NCBI GenBank assembly: GCA_040768745.1
Contig: JAXGMI010000001.1
Coordinates: 608,001-672,000 of the forward strand
Direction: 5' to 3'
Length of the DNA stretch: 64,000 nucleotides
From: Desulfomicrobium sp.
GTDB lineage: Bacteria > Desulfobacterota > Desulfovibrionia > Desulfovibrionales > Desulfomicrobiaceae
This document shows positions 1-10,355 of the stretch, piece after piece; position 1 is the first letter of the stretch; the number at the start of each line of letters is the position of its first letter. The notes under the pieces are model-generated. The model saw nothing but the letters and a program-made list of their open reading frames with translations. It was not told where the DNA came from and searched no databases. The position numbers were made by a program, and so were the translations under genes.

Positions 1-1096
1 GTATTTCCCGGATCTTGGCATCGGCCTTGGCAAGGCGCTCCTGGCGGTTCGCCTTGGTTTCGGCTGCGATCTTCGGAGAATAGGCCATAACGAACCGGAC
101 CCCGCTGCGAACTTCCTCGACAATCTCCTCGTCCTGCCCATTAAACGAGATCTTAAGACGCAACGCCTCGATCACGCTCCGCGCCTCCTCTCCACGACGC
201 AATGGATGCGCCACGATGAAGCCGAATTCCTCGGCCAGCAACGTCTCGAGATTTTGGTCCGAGAGCATTCCCCTGTCCCCGACAAACACCACGCTGCGTA
301 GCTTGAAGCGAGTCTTCAGATCCTTCACCACCTCAACCACAGTGGTCTTATCCACGGTGTTCCCCGGAAAGACATGGTGGCAAAGCGGTATGCCGTCCTT
401 GCCCATGACCACGCCGATGGTGATTTGGCGCCGATCAAACCGGCCATCGCGACTGTATCCGAAGCGCCGAATGTCATCCTCCACCAACGATCGATCCCCG
501 TCGAACCATGTGGAAGTGATGTCATAGAAGAGCAGGTCGCCTTCCCAATGCGCCTTGGGCATGAAGCGCTTGGCTATCAAGGGCTCCAAAGCTTCCTTCG
601 CATCCAGCAATCTATCCATGGCGCGCAGGAGATGGTGATAGGCCGGGCGGTGTTGCTCAAATCCAGAAAGCCAGACGCCATCGAGCCAATCCAGTAGCGC
701 CAGTTTGGAGCACGGATCGCAGAGTCGATTGACGATCAGCAACTTGATCAGTTCAGCATAATCCATCCCGGCCCCGGTCTTTACTCCTGCACGGGCCAGG
801 GCTTTGGAGAGTCCCAGGATTTCCCAGAGATGTTTGACCGCGTGAACATGTCCGAAATCACGTGCAAACGTGAGGAGCGGCGGTCCAGTCTGAACCGGGT
901 CTCGACCGAGAGCTTTCTGGAAGCCAGCGATGAGTCTCTCGACCTGGTCTTCGCCCAAACTCTCGATAGTGCCGAGATGAGCCAGGATGCGTGTGCGCGG
1001 AGATCCGCCTTTCTCGGGATCACGGAAAGATTCCGCGATCTGAAGATGGCGGTAGACTTTGTCGCCTCGTTTCTGCTTGGCTATTCGTACAAACAT
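1..1096 (-). CDS. IS1634-family DDE transposase (3' part runs off the window start)
   Basis: Manual minus-strand translation from the ATG at 1096 stays open through the part read (to about 200): MFVRIAKQKRGDKVYRHLQIAESFRD...LLFYDITSTWFDG...FGYSRDGRFDRRQITIGVV...HHVFPGNTVD...VFVGDRGM, typical IS1634 motifs. Absent from the ORF track, presumably because the stop lies outside the window. Confidence 0.88.
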   Translation of the reverse strand, partial: MFVRIAKQKRGDKVYRHLQIAESFRDPEKGGSPRTRILAHLGTIESLGEDQVERLIAGFQKALGRDPVQTGPPLLTFARDFGHVHAVKHLWEILGLSKALARAGVKTGAGMDYAELIKLLIVNRLCDPCSKLALLDWLDGVWLSGFEQHRPAYHHLLRAMDRLLDAKEALEPLIAKRFMPKAHWEGDLLFYDITSTWFDGDRSLVEDDIRRFGYSRDGRFDRRQITIGVVMGKDGIPLCHHVFPGNTVDKTTVVEVVKDLKTRFKLRSVVFVGDRGMLSDQNLETLLAEEFGFIVAHPLRRGEEARSVIEALRLKISFNGQDEEIVEEVRSGVRFVMAYSPKIAAETKANRQERLAKADAKIREI

Positions 1097-1229
1097 AAAC
1101 TACGAGTAGCATTATTATTCATGAATAGCAATGTTTATGTCTATTTTGTACGTACTACAAATTGGGCATTAAAAAACAATATAAGTCATAACTTCGAGGT
1201 GTTAGCCTCAGGCCGCTGTCAAACTTGGG
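1..1229 (-). mobile_element. IS1634-family insertion sequence; transposase-proximal end at ~1229
   Basis: Transposase plus the terminal motif CCCAAGTTTGACA (minus strand, 1217-1229), directly abutting a decapitated IS3 orfA. Confidence 0.7.
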
Positions 1230-1644
1230 GCGCCGCCGTTGGTCGGTTGCGGACAAGGTTCGAATGGTAGAAGAAGCATCCCAACCGGGGATAAATGTTT
1301 CGTATGTGGCCCGTAAGTACGGCATCGCTCCGAATCTTCTTTTTCGTTGGAAAAAACTCATGAGCGATGGCGGCAAAGTTGCGGTCCAGGCCGACGACAA
1401 CGCTGTGAGTATCAGTGAACCCAAAGCGTTGAAAAAACGAATTCGGGATCTCGAACGTCTTCTTGGCAAAAAGACCATGGAAGCCGAAATCCTGAAGGAA
1501 GCTCTCGAAATCGCCCGCGAAAAAAAACTGATCTCGCGCACGCCGCTGCCCTTCGAGGACGATTCCCTGTGAAACGCATAGCGGAGGCGATGGACGTGCC
1601 CCGATCCCGCCTCATAGAGCGCTTAGGCGACACGAACGCTATGC
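1230..1644 (+). pseudogene. IS3-family (IS2-like) remnant: orfA lacking its N-terminus plus the first codons of orfB
   Basis: RRRWSVADKVRMVEEASQPGINVSYVARKYGIAPNLLFRWKK HTH and leucine-zipper-like KRIRDLERLLGKKTMEAEILKEAL; A-run frameshift window near 1520; orfB starts VKRIAEAMDVPRSRL and then breaks off. Confidence 0.8.
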
Positions 1645-1750
1645 TGTCAACGGAACTCGAAAACTGACCCACCCGGCCTAATCCTCTGTCTGCATGACCG
1701 GAATCTGCTGGCCGATGATTCCGGACTTGCGCTTGTCCTTAAGTCGGCAA

Positions 1751-2008
1751 CTATCCCCCCGAATCTGAACGACGTGGGCATGGTGCCCCGGCCACGTGCC
1801 GCAGGAGCAGAAGCATCTGGTCTCCGTAATGGGTCAAGTCGCCGGCCTCCCGGCCCTGGTGAAAGGGGGCGAGCTCCGGCTTGACATCGGACGTGACCCG
1901 TCCGTAGCGACGGACGATGGCATCGGTGTCGTAGACCCAGTGCACGCCCAGGGCCAGGGAGTCGGCGGCGAAGGCGGCCAGGATCGCGTTCCGAGGGTTG
2001 CCGTGCAT
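1751..2008 (-). pseudogene. Truncated ADP-ribosylglycohydrolase-family protein (N-terminal fragment)
   Basis: AILAAFAADSLALGVHWVYD...GDLTHYGDQMLLLL matches the family N-terminus; only 85 aa and ends next to IS debris. Confidence 0.65.
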
Positions 2009-2185
2009 GACATGCCTCCTTGTTCAGGTCGGTCTGGGGTCAGTTTTGTCCGGACCGTTCCCGCGACCCTAACCGGAAACAGGGTCCCTGGTCAAAGCAG
2101 CCCGCGCCCCAGGGCCTTCCGCCTCCCCGCGGTGCATCGGGCTTGAGAGCCTGTGCCGCTGAACCTGTACCTGCAAGGGATCCCC

Positions 2186-3085
2186 ATGCGTTTCGGACTG
2201 TGTTGCATTTTCGTGGCCGAACCGGTCAGCTTCCGCACGACCACGGCCAAGGCCTTGTCCGCCCTGACCCGCCGCGAGGCCCTGGCCAGGGTTGCGGGCA
2301 TCTGCCTGCACAACGCCGTGAACCTGCTCCAGGCTGTGCGGACCTGCCAGCGGCTGGGCATCGGGGCCTTCCGCATCACGTCCCCCCTGTTCCCGCGCAT
2401 GACCCACCCGCAGGTCGGCTACAGGCTGGAAGATCTGCCCGAGGCCGAGGCCATCACCAGTCACCTGGAGGCGACCAGAACCTTTGCCCTGGAGCACGAC
2501 ATCCGCCTGAGCTTCCACCCAGACCAGTTCGTGGTCTTGTCCTCACCCCACGCCCACGTTGTCGAGAGTTCCGTCAGGGAGCTGGTGTACCAGGCCTTCC
2601 TGGCCGACATGGTCGGCGCCGACGTCATCAACATCCATGCCGGAGGGGCCTACAACGACAAGACCGCTGCCTTGAAACGCCTGGCCAGCGTGATCAGGGG
2701 CCTCCCCGAAAACGTGGCCTCGCGGCTGACCCTGGAAAACGACGACGTGACCTACACCGTGCGTGACCTGCTGCCCACCTGTGCGGATCTCGGCCTGCCT
2801 CTGGTCTATGACGTCCATCACCACCGCTGCAACCCCGACGGCATGGACGAAGCCGAGGCCACGGGCCTGGCGTCGGCCACATGGAAGGGTCGCGAGCAGT
2901 ACTGCCACCTTTCGTCCCCGCAGGGTGGCTGGCAGGGCAACCCCAGGCCCCACGCGGACTACATCGATCCGGCAGATGTTCCCGCCTGCTGGGTGGGGCG
3001 CCCTGTGACCGTCGACGTGGAGGCCAAGGCCAAGGAGCTGGCCGTGGTCCGCCTGATGGCCCATCTGGAAGGCCGGCCGGCCTGA
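2186..3085 (+). CDS. uvsE: UV DNA damage repair endonuclease UvsE
   Basis: MRFGLCC..., FRITSPLFP, RLSFHPDQFVVLSSP, RLTLENDD, YDVHHHRCN, HADYI and VEAKAKELA motifs. Confidence 0.92.
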   Translation: MRFGLCCIFVAEPVSFRTTTAKALSALTRREALARVAGICLHNAVNLLQAVRTCQRLGIGAFRITSPLFPRMTHPQVGYRLEDLPEAEAITSHLEATRTFALEHDIRLSFHPDQFVVLSSPHAHVVESSVRELVYQAFLADMVGADVINIHAGGAYNDKTAALKRLASVIRGLPENVASRLTLENDDVTYTVRDLLPTCADLGLPLVYDVHHHRCNPDGMDEAEATGLASATWKGREQYCHLSSPQGGWQGNPRPHADYIDPADVPACWVGRPVTVDVEAKAKELAVVRLMAHLEGRPA

Positions 3086-3339
3086 CTTCAGACGGACTCG
3101 GGGATGCACGAACCTGATGGGGCCCCGGACATCCCGGGAGGGATGGTTGGCGGTGTGGGCAGGAAATCCTGCACCCAAGGCGCACGAAGGAATCGGACGA
3201 AACGTGTTTGCCGGCGGGAAAGATTGCCTCCAGCGCACTCTTCCCCGCGGATGGCCAATCGTGAGGGGCGATGGAACCCAAGCCAGGGGGTTTTGCCCCC
3301 CGGCTGGGCAGAAAAACCCGTTCAGCAGGATCGCAACGT

Positions 3340-3702
3340 TCAGACTGCCCTGTCCGCGCTTTTCCTGGCTGGCATGCCCCCCCTGCTTTTGTCTTCTGCC
3401 TGATATCCGAATTCAGATTTCAATGTGTCCCGCACTCTGCAAGCGGCTTTGGCCATTTTTGCTATGGAAATCCCGCCATGTGGGACAGGGATGGCAATCA
3501 GGCTTGCGATATTGCTGATGCCCATAACCTGCTTGAGATTTGTTTCCGACGACAGTGCGTAGTCGATAAGATTGTCAGAATATTTTTCTGTATCCTTGTC
3601 GTAACACTCCCCGGTGATGGAAAATCCAGAATTTCTCATCGCATCTGCCAATCTTATTATGGATTTGTTTCTCACGTTCTTCTCCACCATAAAATTGTAC
3701 AT
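3340..3702 (-). CDS. Hypothetical protein (lower-GC)
   Basis: AT-richer core of ORF 3340..4209 (MYNFMVEKNVRNKSIIRLADAMRNSGF...) with protein-like composition; start uncertain, no clear RBS. Confidence 0.35.
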   Translation of the reverse strand: MYNFMVEKNVRNKSIIRLADAMRNSGFSITGECYDKDTEKYSDNLIDYALSSETNLKQVMGISNIASLIAIPVPHGGISIAKMAKAACRVRDTLKSEFGYQAEDKSRGGMPARKSADRAV

Positions 3703-4248
3703 ACATTCATGGATAATATCTTGTTTTCGCGACAGCAAAAACGCGAAACACCGAACCTGCATGGAGATGCGCCTGGTTCCGAGGGCCTGCGCCGACTTTT
3801 TCAGGCCTCCCGTCATGCATGCAGCCCCCATGGACCGCCTGGCACCCGCGCTGCCGATCCCCTGCACATGCCGTGGCGTGGATTTCACGGAAAACAGATG
3901 GATCTGCGAAACGATATTCATTCCATGATCAGTGTACCCCATGCACGGCAGAGGAAAAGTATGAATCAGGGGCGGCAGAGTATGATTTTTGCTCACACCT
4001 TGATGCAGCACCGGCGTGCACGTGCTCCGAGGGCGGAGGTTCCTGGGAGACCTGGGCTGACGGGGCGGGCCCACTGACCAGGGAGGGGGGCGGAAAAGGC
4101 ATGCGGGTGGAGCTGCGGGCAGCACGCGGAGGTGACGGGGGGGGACCGGGGCGCAGCGGGTGCGCGCCGGAGGGTGCTCAGGAGACACGGACCGGGCGCG
4201 GGCTGGCAAACGCCCAGAGCCCTTTGCCCGCGACCCATGCCCTGCGGA

Positions 4249-4821
4249 TCAGGGAAAGAACGTGTCGGCGTCCCTGCGCCCCAAGTCGTCCGCTGCAGCC
4301 TGCATTTTCGCAATGATGTGGCGCAGGTCCCCGTCGTCGCCCTGCATGGCCGGAAGCAGGGCCTGAGCGAAGGCGTTTTCTGCCTTGTGCAGGCAATTGC
4401 AGAACAGCAGGTAGTTGGTTTTGCTGGCATAGCCTGCCCGGACCAGCTCCGCGAGGGTGCTTCCGGAAGAGGACAGGAGCAGCCTGTAATGGTCGATGAG
4501 GTGCCCCATCCACTCCGTGTACAGCGGGCGGGCTTCGTCCGGGATGCGTGCCCCTTCCAGGAGTTCGTTCCAGTCCACAGGCGTCCCTGCCCCCTCCGCC
4601 TCAAAGGCCGCATCGAGGGCGCGTCGCCGGGATTTCATGTAGTTTCCGGTGAAATCTTCCAGGCCTTTGGTATACTGCTTCATCTTCTGGGCAAAAAAGA
4701 CGAAGAAGATGGGGAGCAGAATCATCCACAAATGTGGCTTGGGCTTGTCGAACACCAGCAGGGCGAGTTCCCGGGCCATCCGTGTCTCGTGGTCAAGGAT
4801 CAGACGCTTTTTTCGTTCCAT
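4249..4821 (-). CDS. Conserved hypothetical protein with one N-terminal TM segment
   Basis: 190-aa ORF with host codon usage; DKPKPHLWMILLPIFFVFF resembles a Desulfobacterota hypothetical family. Confidence 0.7.
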   Translation of the reverse strand: MERKKRLILDHETRMARELALLVFDKPKPHLWMILLPIFFVFFAQKMKQYTKGLEDFTGNYMKSRRRALDAAFEAEGAGTPVDWNELLEGARIPDEARPLYTEWMGHLIDHYRLLLSSSGSTLAELVRAGYASKTNYLLFCNCLHKAENAFAQALLPAMQGDDGDLRHIIAKMQAAADDLGRRDADTFFP

Positions 4822-4993
4822 GGGTCAAAAAACCTTGTGCTTCGGTTTGAAGACGGTACGCGCATGGTTTAGGGCAAACTGCCGCGATCAGCAAATTACT
4901 TGTGCCGCCACCTCCCGCCGGCCGCAGGCAAAAAACACGCCTCCCCCGCCTGTGGGGCGGCTGCGCCTGCCACAATCGCCATGCGCATTTTGG

Positions 4994-5941
4994 TCATGAC
5001 GTTATTTGCCGCTCCGCAGACCCGGTCTGATGCCCGGCCCAGATTCGGGCCAGGGCCATGCCGGACAGGTTCTGCCACAGGCTGAAAATCGCCCCGGGCA
5101 GGGCGGCCTCAGGGCCGAAAAAAACACTGGCCAAGGCGGCGGCCAGACCCGAATTCTGCATGCCGACCTCGATGGATATGGTCCTGGCCGTGATGGTTCT
5201 GGCGCCCAGACCGCGCGCACACCAAAAACCCGCCAGATACCCGAACCCGTTGTGCAGGATGACGGCCAGAATGACCAGGGCCGGAAAATCGAGGATGTTT
5301 TTCTGGTTCAGACCCACCACGCAGGCGATGACCGCGGAGATGGTCAGGACCGAGATCGACGGAAAGATGCGGACCACGGGCTTCAGCCGCTCGCGCAGCA
5401 GATGCCGGAGGATCAGACCGTCCAGGAGGGGGAAGACCACGATCCAGAACACGGACTGGACCATGGCCCAGAAATCCACGTCCACCCGCTGTCCGGCCAC
5501 GAGCTCCATCAGGGCCGGAGTGGCCAAAGGGGCGGCGAGGGTGGAACCCAGGGTCATGACCACGGACAGGGGCACATCCGCCTTGGCAAAATAGGCGATG
5601 ACATTGGAAGCCGTGCCCGAGGGGCAGCATCCCACCAGGATGACGCCCACGGCCGCGCTGGCAGGCAGGTCCAGGAGAAGGCAGACGGCCCAGGCGATGC
5701 CCGGCATGAGCACATACTGCAGCCCCACGCCCAGACCTGCCGCGCGCCACTCCCGGCCCACGCGGACAAAATCCGCAAACTCCAGGGTCAGTCCCATGCC
5801 GAACATGATGAGACCCAGGCCCAGGGAGATGTGCGGAGCAATCCACGAAAAGAGCGGCGGATGCACAAGGGCCAGGACGGAAAATCCAACGGCCAGGACC
5901 AGGTAGTTCCTTTCGATCCAGGCGGCCAGGGTATTCAGCAT
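4994..5941 (-). CDS. Bile acid:sodium symporter family protein
   Basis: LGLIMFGMGLTL, GCCPSGTASNV and ISIEVGMQNSGLA motifs; multiple TM segments. Confidence 0.92.
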   Translation of the reverse strand: MLNTLAAWIERNYLVLAVGFSVLALVHPPLFSWIAPHISLGLGLIMFGMGLTLEFADFVRVGREWRAAGLGVGLQYVLMPGIAWAVCLLLDLPASAAVGVILVGCCPSGTASNVIAYFAKADVPLSVVMTLGSTLAAPLATPALMELVAGQRVDVDFWAMVQSVFWIVVFPLLDGLILRHLLRERLKPVVRIFPSISVLTISAVIACVVGLNQKNILDFPALVILAVILHNGFGYLAGFWCARGLGARTITARTISIEVGMQNSGLAAALASVFFGPEAALPGAIFSLWQNLSGMALARIWAGHQTGSAERQITS

Positions 5942-6167
5942 CAGAGCCTCCACGTTGGGGTGGACCGGACATTGCGGTCCGTGCGACAGCTTCGTCGATG
6001 GACGCGCCCTGAGGTCGAGCGAGCGTTCCTTCAGCCCCATGAACTTGCACAACCTATTCAGAACACCCGGGCCCCGACAGGGGCCGCCGCGGCGCAGAAC
6101 GTCGAACTGCGGAAGAAGCGCAGACGGCCTTATTCTATTACCATGCCGTTTTTATTCAAAAATTGGA

Positions 6168-7103
6168 TTACGGCAATTCCACGGCCCAGGACTCCAGCGG
6201 CGGAACCTGGGTCACGACCTTTTCCCGCAGCAGGAAATCGGCGAACCGGGTATAGCGCTTGTGGTCCAATGCCCCGGGGCGGAGGGCGAAACGGGGCACG
6301 GTGTCCTTCCAGGCCCGGCGGTTCAGCTCGTCGTCCAGTCCCTCCCGTCCGCTGCCGACGAAGAGCTTCCAGGATTCCTCGGGATGGTTGACCAGGTACT
6401 GCACCCCTTCTTCCAGGGCATCGACAAACCGGCGCAGCCGGGGGTCGCGGACGCTCCTGGCGGACGACACCAGAATCAGCTCGTCGTAGGGCGGGACCCC
6501 ATGCTCCTCCACGAAAAAGGCCCGGCCCGGGCGTCCTTCGATGTCCATCTGGTTCAGCTCGAAGTTGCGGAACGCCCCGATGACCCCGTCGGTCTGCCCC
6601 GTGAACAGGGACGGCGACAGGGAGAAATTGACATTGACCAGTTTCACGTCGTCGAGGGCCAGCCCCTCCCGTGCCAGCATGACCCTCAGCAGCGCGGTTT
6701 CGAATCCGCCCACCGAATAGCCGATGGTCTTGCCTTTCAGGTCGGCCATGGACGCGATGGGGCCGTCCTTGAGGACCACCAGCGAGTTGAGGGGCGTGGC
6801 GATGAGTGTGGCGATGCGCACCAGGGGCAGGCCTTCGGCCACCTGCATGTGGTGCTGGTGCTGGTAGGACACGGCGATATCGGCCTGGCCTGCGGCCACG
6901 AGCTTGGGCGGGTCATTGGGGTTGGACGGGGCTATGAGCTCCACGTCGAGACCCCTGGCCTTGAAAAAGCCTTTTTCCAGGGCCACATACAGGGGCGCAT
7001 GATCGGGATTGACGAACCAGTCCAGGAGCACGGTCAGTTTTTCGGCCCGGGCCGAAGAGACGCTCAGCGCCAGCGCGGCAAGAAGGAGGCAGAATTGTTT
7101 CAT
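6168..7103 (-). CDS. thiY: ABC substrate-binding protein, NMT1/THI5 (ThiY-like, HMP precursor)
   Basis: Signal peptide, then LTVLLDWFVNPDHAPLYVA; located in the thi operon. Confidence 0.85.
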   Translation of the reverse strand: MKQFCLLLAALALSVSSARAEKLTVLLDWFVNPDHAPLYVALEKGFFKARGLDVELIAPSNPNDPPKLVAAGQADIAVSYQHQHHMQVAEGLPLVRIATLIATPLNSLVVLKDGPIASMADLKGKTIGYSVGGFETALLRVMLAREGLALDDVKLVNVNFSLSPSLFTGQTDGVIGAFRNFELNQMDIEGRPGRAFFVEEHGVPPYDELILVSSARSVRDPRLRRFVDALEEGVQYLVNHPEESWKLFVGSGREGLDDELNRRAWKDTVPRFALRPGALDHKRYTRFADFLLREKVVTQVPPLESWAVELP

Positions 7104-7219
7104 AATTGGTCACCTTGGTTGTGGAAAAGGGTTATGATGTCTCGCGGCCCGGCGGCCGGGGTCCGTTCCCGCATCGGCTTTGGGGCGAGTACGTCTGGGG
7201 GACATGATGTCTCGCGTAT

Positions 7220-7969
7220 TCATGAAATCCCTCCCTGCGGTTGCCAGAAGACAAGCTTGGCCAGCAGGCGGTCGACGAGGAAATAGAGTCCCAGGGACAC
7301 GGCCGCCAGGACAGTCAGGGCCGCGAACATGATATCGATCTGCATGCGCGCGTTGGCGTGCAGCATGTAAAAACCCAGGCCGGCGCTGGAACCGACCCAC
7401 TCGCCGACCACGGCCCCGATGGGCGCCACGGCCGTGGCCACCCTCAATCCCGAGGCAAAGGCGGGCAGGGCCGAGGGAACGATGATGACCGACAGGACCT
7501 TGAGCCTCCGGGCGCCCATGATGCGGGCCAGCTCCAGGAGGTCCGGGTCCGTGCGTTGCATGCCGCTGTAGAAGGACGAGGCCACCGGAAAGAAAATGAT
7601 CAGCACCGCCATGCCCACCTTGGAGGCCATGCCGTACCCGAGCCACAGCACCAGGATCGGGGCCAGGGCAAAAACCGGAATGGCCTGGCTGACCACGAGC
7701 ACGGGCAGCAGCCAGCGCTTGAAGAACGGGGACATGATCATGACCAGGGCGGCCAGTGTGCCCAGGATCGTCCCCAGGGTCAGACCCAGCAGGATTTCCG
7801 CCATGGTCGTGCCAAGGTGCCTGGCCAATGCGGGAAAATGGGTCACGACCGCCTGGCCCACGGGCAGCGGGCCAGGCAGAATGTAGGGGGGAACCCCGCT
7901 CAGACTGACCACGGCCTGCCACAGGAGAAGAAGGCCCAGGGCCAGGATCGTCGGGCGCAGGACGTTCAC
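7220..7969 (-). CDS. thiX: ABC permease (ThiX-like)
   Basis: SsuC/ThiX-type permease motifs SQAIPVFALAP and IGAVVGEWVGSSAGLG. Confidence 0.85.
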   Translation of the reverse strand: MNVLRPTILALGLLLLWQAVVSLSGVPPYILPGPLPVGQAVVTHFPALARHLGTTMAEILLGLTLGTILGTLAALVMIMSPFFKRWLLPVLVVSQAIPVFALAPILVLWLGYGMASKVGMAVLIIFFPVASSFYSGMQRTDPDLLELARIMGARRLKVLSVIIVPSALPAFASGLRVATAVAPIGAVVGEWVGSSAGLGFYMLHANARMQIDIMFAALTVLAAVSLGLYFLVDRLLAKLVFWQPQGGIS

Positions 7970-8709
7970 TCTCCCTCCCTGCTCATGAGCCGTGCCAGCA
8001 AGCCGGCATAGAGGGCGGTCACGCCCGGGTCCCCCGGGTCACGCGGGGGCGGGCCAGACGGGTCGATGGTTTCGAACACCCGCGCGGGTGTTCCGCCGAG
8101 AACCACGACCCGGTGCCCCAGGCGCAGAGCCTCCAGCGGGTCGTGGGTGACCAGGACCACCGTTGCGCCCTGGGTCAGGCGTGCGGCCAGGTTCTGCAGT
8201 CTGAGCCTGGTCAGGGCGTCCAGGGCCGAGAATGGCTCGTCCATGAGGATGACGGGGCGCTCCTCCATGAGGGTGCGCAGGAGGGCCACCCGCTGGCGCA
8301 TGCCCCCGGACAGGGCAGCGGGCATTTTCCCTTCACATCCGGACAGGCCTGCCTCCCGCACCAGGGACAGGGCCTTGTCCCGGTCGCGTTCCCTCAGCTC
8401 GCCCCGCAGCCTGGCCCCGAGCAGGACGTTGTCCAGCAGGTTCAGCCAGGGCAGGAGCAAATCGTTCTGACTCATCCAGGACACCTGGCCGCAGGCATCC
8501 GGCCGGGATGCGAAGCGCACCTCCCCTGCACAGGCGAGGTGCGGCGAACCAGCCAGAAGCCTCAAGAGCGTGGACTTGCCGCATCCGCTGGGGCCCAGGA
8601 TACAGGTCGTCTGCCCCCCGGGAATGTGCAGGGAAAAATCGGCAAACAGGGGCTGGTCTGCATAGTTCAGGTGGATGCGGTCCAGGGTGATACCCGGGGC
8701 GTCCCGCAT
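7966..8709 (-). CDS. thiZ: ABC ATP-binding protein (ThiZ-like)
   Basis: Walker A GPSGCGKST, signature LSGGMRQR, Walker B ILMDEPF. Confidence 0.85.
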   Translation of the reverse strand: MRDAPGITLDRIHLNYADQPLFADFSLHIPGGQTTCILGPSGCGKSTLLRLLAGSPHLACAGEVRFASRPDACGQVSWMSQNDLLLPWLNLLDNVLLGARLRGELRERDRDKALSLVREAGLSGCEGKMPAALSGGMRQRVALLRTLMEERPVILMDEPFSALDALTRLRLQNLAARLTQGATVVLVTHDPLEALRLGHRVVVLGGTPARVFETIDPSGPPPRDPGDPGVTALYAGLLARLMSREGE

Positions 8710-8907
8710 GTCCACAACACGGGAACGTGAAGCGGCGAAACTATCCATGCAGGAGCCTGTGCCCCGGCCCGCCGGGCAATCTGTGGATGGCCACGGCCAT
8801 TGCCGGCCAGGCACTGCCGGAGACTGCGCCTGGCCCCGCATCTGCGGAAACGGCGTCCTGTTTGACATGGGAGGCAGACCGTGGGGTGGCATGCATGAGG
8901 GGCCGGA

Positions 8908-9723
8908 TCAAAAGAAGCGGAAAAAGTGGTGCACAGGCCCGTGCCCTCGGCCCAGCACGTAATCGGCCCCGGCCCGGATGGCCCCGCTGATGTACTCCTT
9001 GGCCTGGCGCACCGCTGTTTCCACGTCCTGGCCTTTGGCCAAGCCGGCGGCTATGGCCGAGGACAGGGTGCACCCCGTGCCGTGGTTGTTGCGGGTGACA
9101 ATGCGCGGGCCCCGCAGGATCACGGTCCGGCCTTCGTCCCCCAGGTACAGGCAGTCGTCACTGTCCCCTGATTCCAGGTGCCCGCCCTTGATCAACACGT
9201 TGCCGCAGCCAAGGGAAAGCAACTCCACCGCCGCGCTGCGAACCGCATCGCGGGCGTCGATGGCCCGGTTCAGAAGCACCGAGGCCTCAGGCAGGTTGGG
9301 GGTGATGAGGGTGGCCAGAGGGATGAGTTCGAGCTTCAGGGCATCAATGGCCTCGTCCTGCACGAGTTTGTCACCGCTCTGGGCGACCATGACCGGGTCC
9401 AGGACAACGGTTTGCACCCCGTGTTTGACCAGACCCTGGGCCACCGTGCGGATCAGTTCGGGGGAGAAGAGCATGCCTATCTTGACCGCGTCGGCACCGA
9501 TGTCTCCCAGAACGGCGTCCATCTGGGCCGCCACGAAATCCACGGGCACGGCATGGATGCCGCTCACGCCCACCGTGTTCTGGGCCGTCAGCGCAGTGAT
9601 GACGCTTGCTCCATAGCAGCCGTTGGCCGCGATGGTCTTCAGGTCAGCCTGGATGCCCGCCCCGCCGCCGCTGTCAGATCCGGCAATGGTCAGCACCCGA
9701 TGATATGTCTTGTATTGGTTCAT
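8908..9723 (-). CDS. thiD: Hydroxymethylpyrimidine/phosphomethylpyrimidine kinase
   Basis: LTIAGSDSGGGAGIQADLKT, ALTAQNT and HGTGCTLSSAIAA motifs. Confidence 0.96.
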   Translation of the reverse strand: MNQYKTYHRVLTIAGSDSGGGAGIQADLKTIAANGCYGASVITALTAQNTVGVSGIHAVPVDFVAAQMDAVLGDIGADAVKIGMLFSPELIRTVAQGLVKHGVQTVVLDPVMVAQSGDKLVQDEAIDALKLELIPLATLITPNLPEASVLLNRAIDARDAVRSAAVELLSLGCGNVLIKGGHLESGDSDDCLYLGDEGRTVILRGPRIVTRNNHGTGCTLSSAIAAGLAKGQDVETAVRQAKEYISGAIRAGADYVLGRGHGPVHHFFRFF

Positions 9724-10355
9724 GCTCTTTCCTTGGCTGCACGGATGATGGTTCTGAGATCTGCTGCGGCGGTTTCGGGGCACAGGGCCCCGACAATGGC
9801 CGAAACAACGGCCACTCCGTCACACCCGGCCCGGATGACGTCAGCCGCATTGCCGATGCCGATACCGCCAATGCCCACCAGGGGGATGGATACTGCCGCA
9901 CGAATGGCTGACACTCCCGCCAGCCCCAAGGGCGGAGCCGTGTCGGTCTTGGTCGGGGTGGCGAAGACGGGGCTTATTCCCACATAGTCAGCTCCCTCGG
10001 CCTGGGCACGGACGGCATCCTCCACGCATCCCGCTGAAATGCCGATCAGCATGGATTTGCCCACTATGCGACGGGCGTCTTGGATCAGCATGTCCGACTG
10101 GCCCAGATGCACGGCGTCGGCACCCACGGCCAGGGCCACGTCGATGCGGTCGTTGATGACAAGCGGGATGCCGGTTCCATGCAGAAGTTTGCGCACGGCC
10201 CTGGCCTCGGCCACGAACTCCCGCGTGGTGCCCAGTTTTTCCCGAAGCTGGACGCACGTCACACCACCCGCCACGGCGGCCCGGACGATGTCCACAGTGG
10301 CCCAGCCCTTGGACAGGCCGCGGTCCGTGACCAGATAGAGGGAGAGGTCAGGCAT
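9720..10355 (-). CDS. thiE: Thiamine-phosphate synthase
   Basis: LYLVTDR, VQLREK, INDRIDVALA, HLGQSD and FATPTK motifs. Confidence 0.95.
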   Translation of the reverse strand: MPDLSLYLVTDRGLSKGWATVDIVRAAVAGGVTCVQLREKLGTTREFVAEARAVRKLLHGTGIPLVINDRIDVALAVGADAVHLGQSDMLIQDARRIVGKSMLIGISAGCVEDAVRAQAEGADYVGISPVFATPTKTDTAPPLGLAGVSAIRAAVSIPLVGIGGIGIGNAADVIRAGCDGVAVVSAIVGALCPETAAADLRTIIRAAKERA

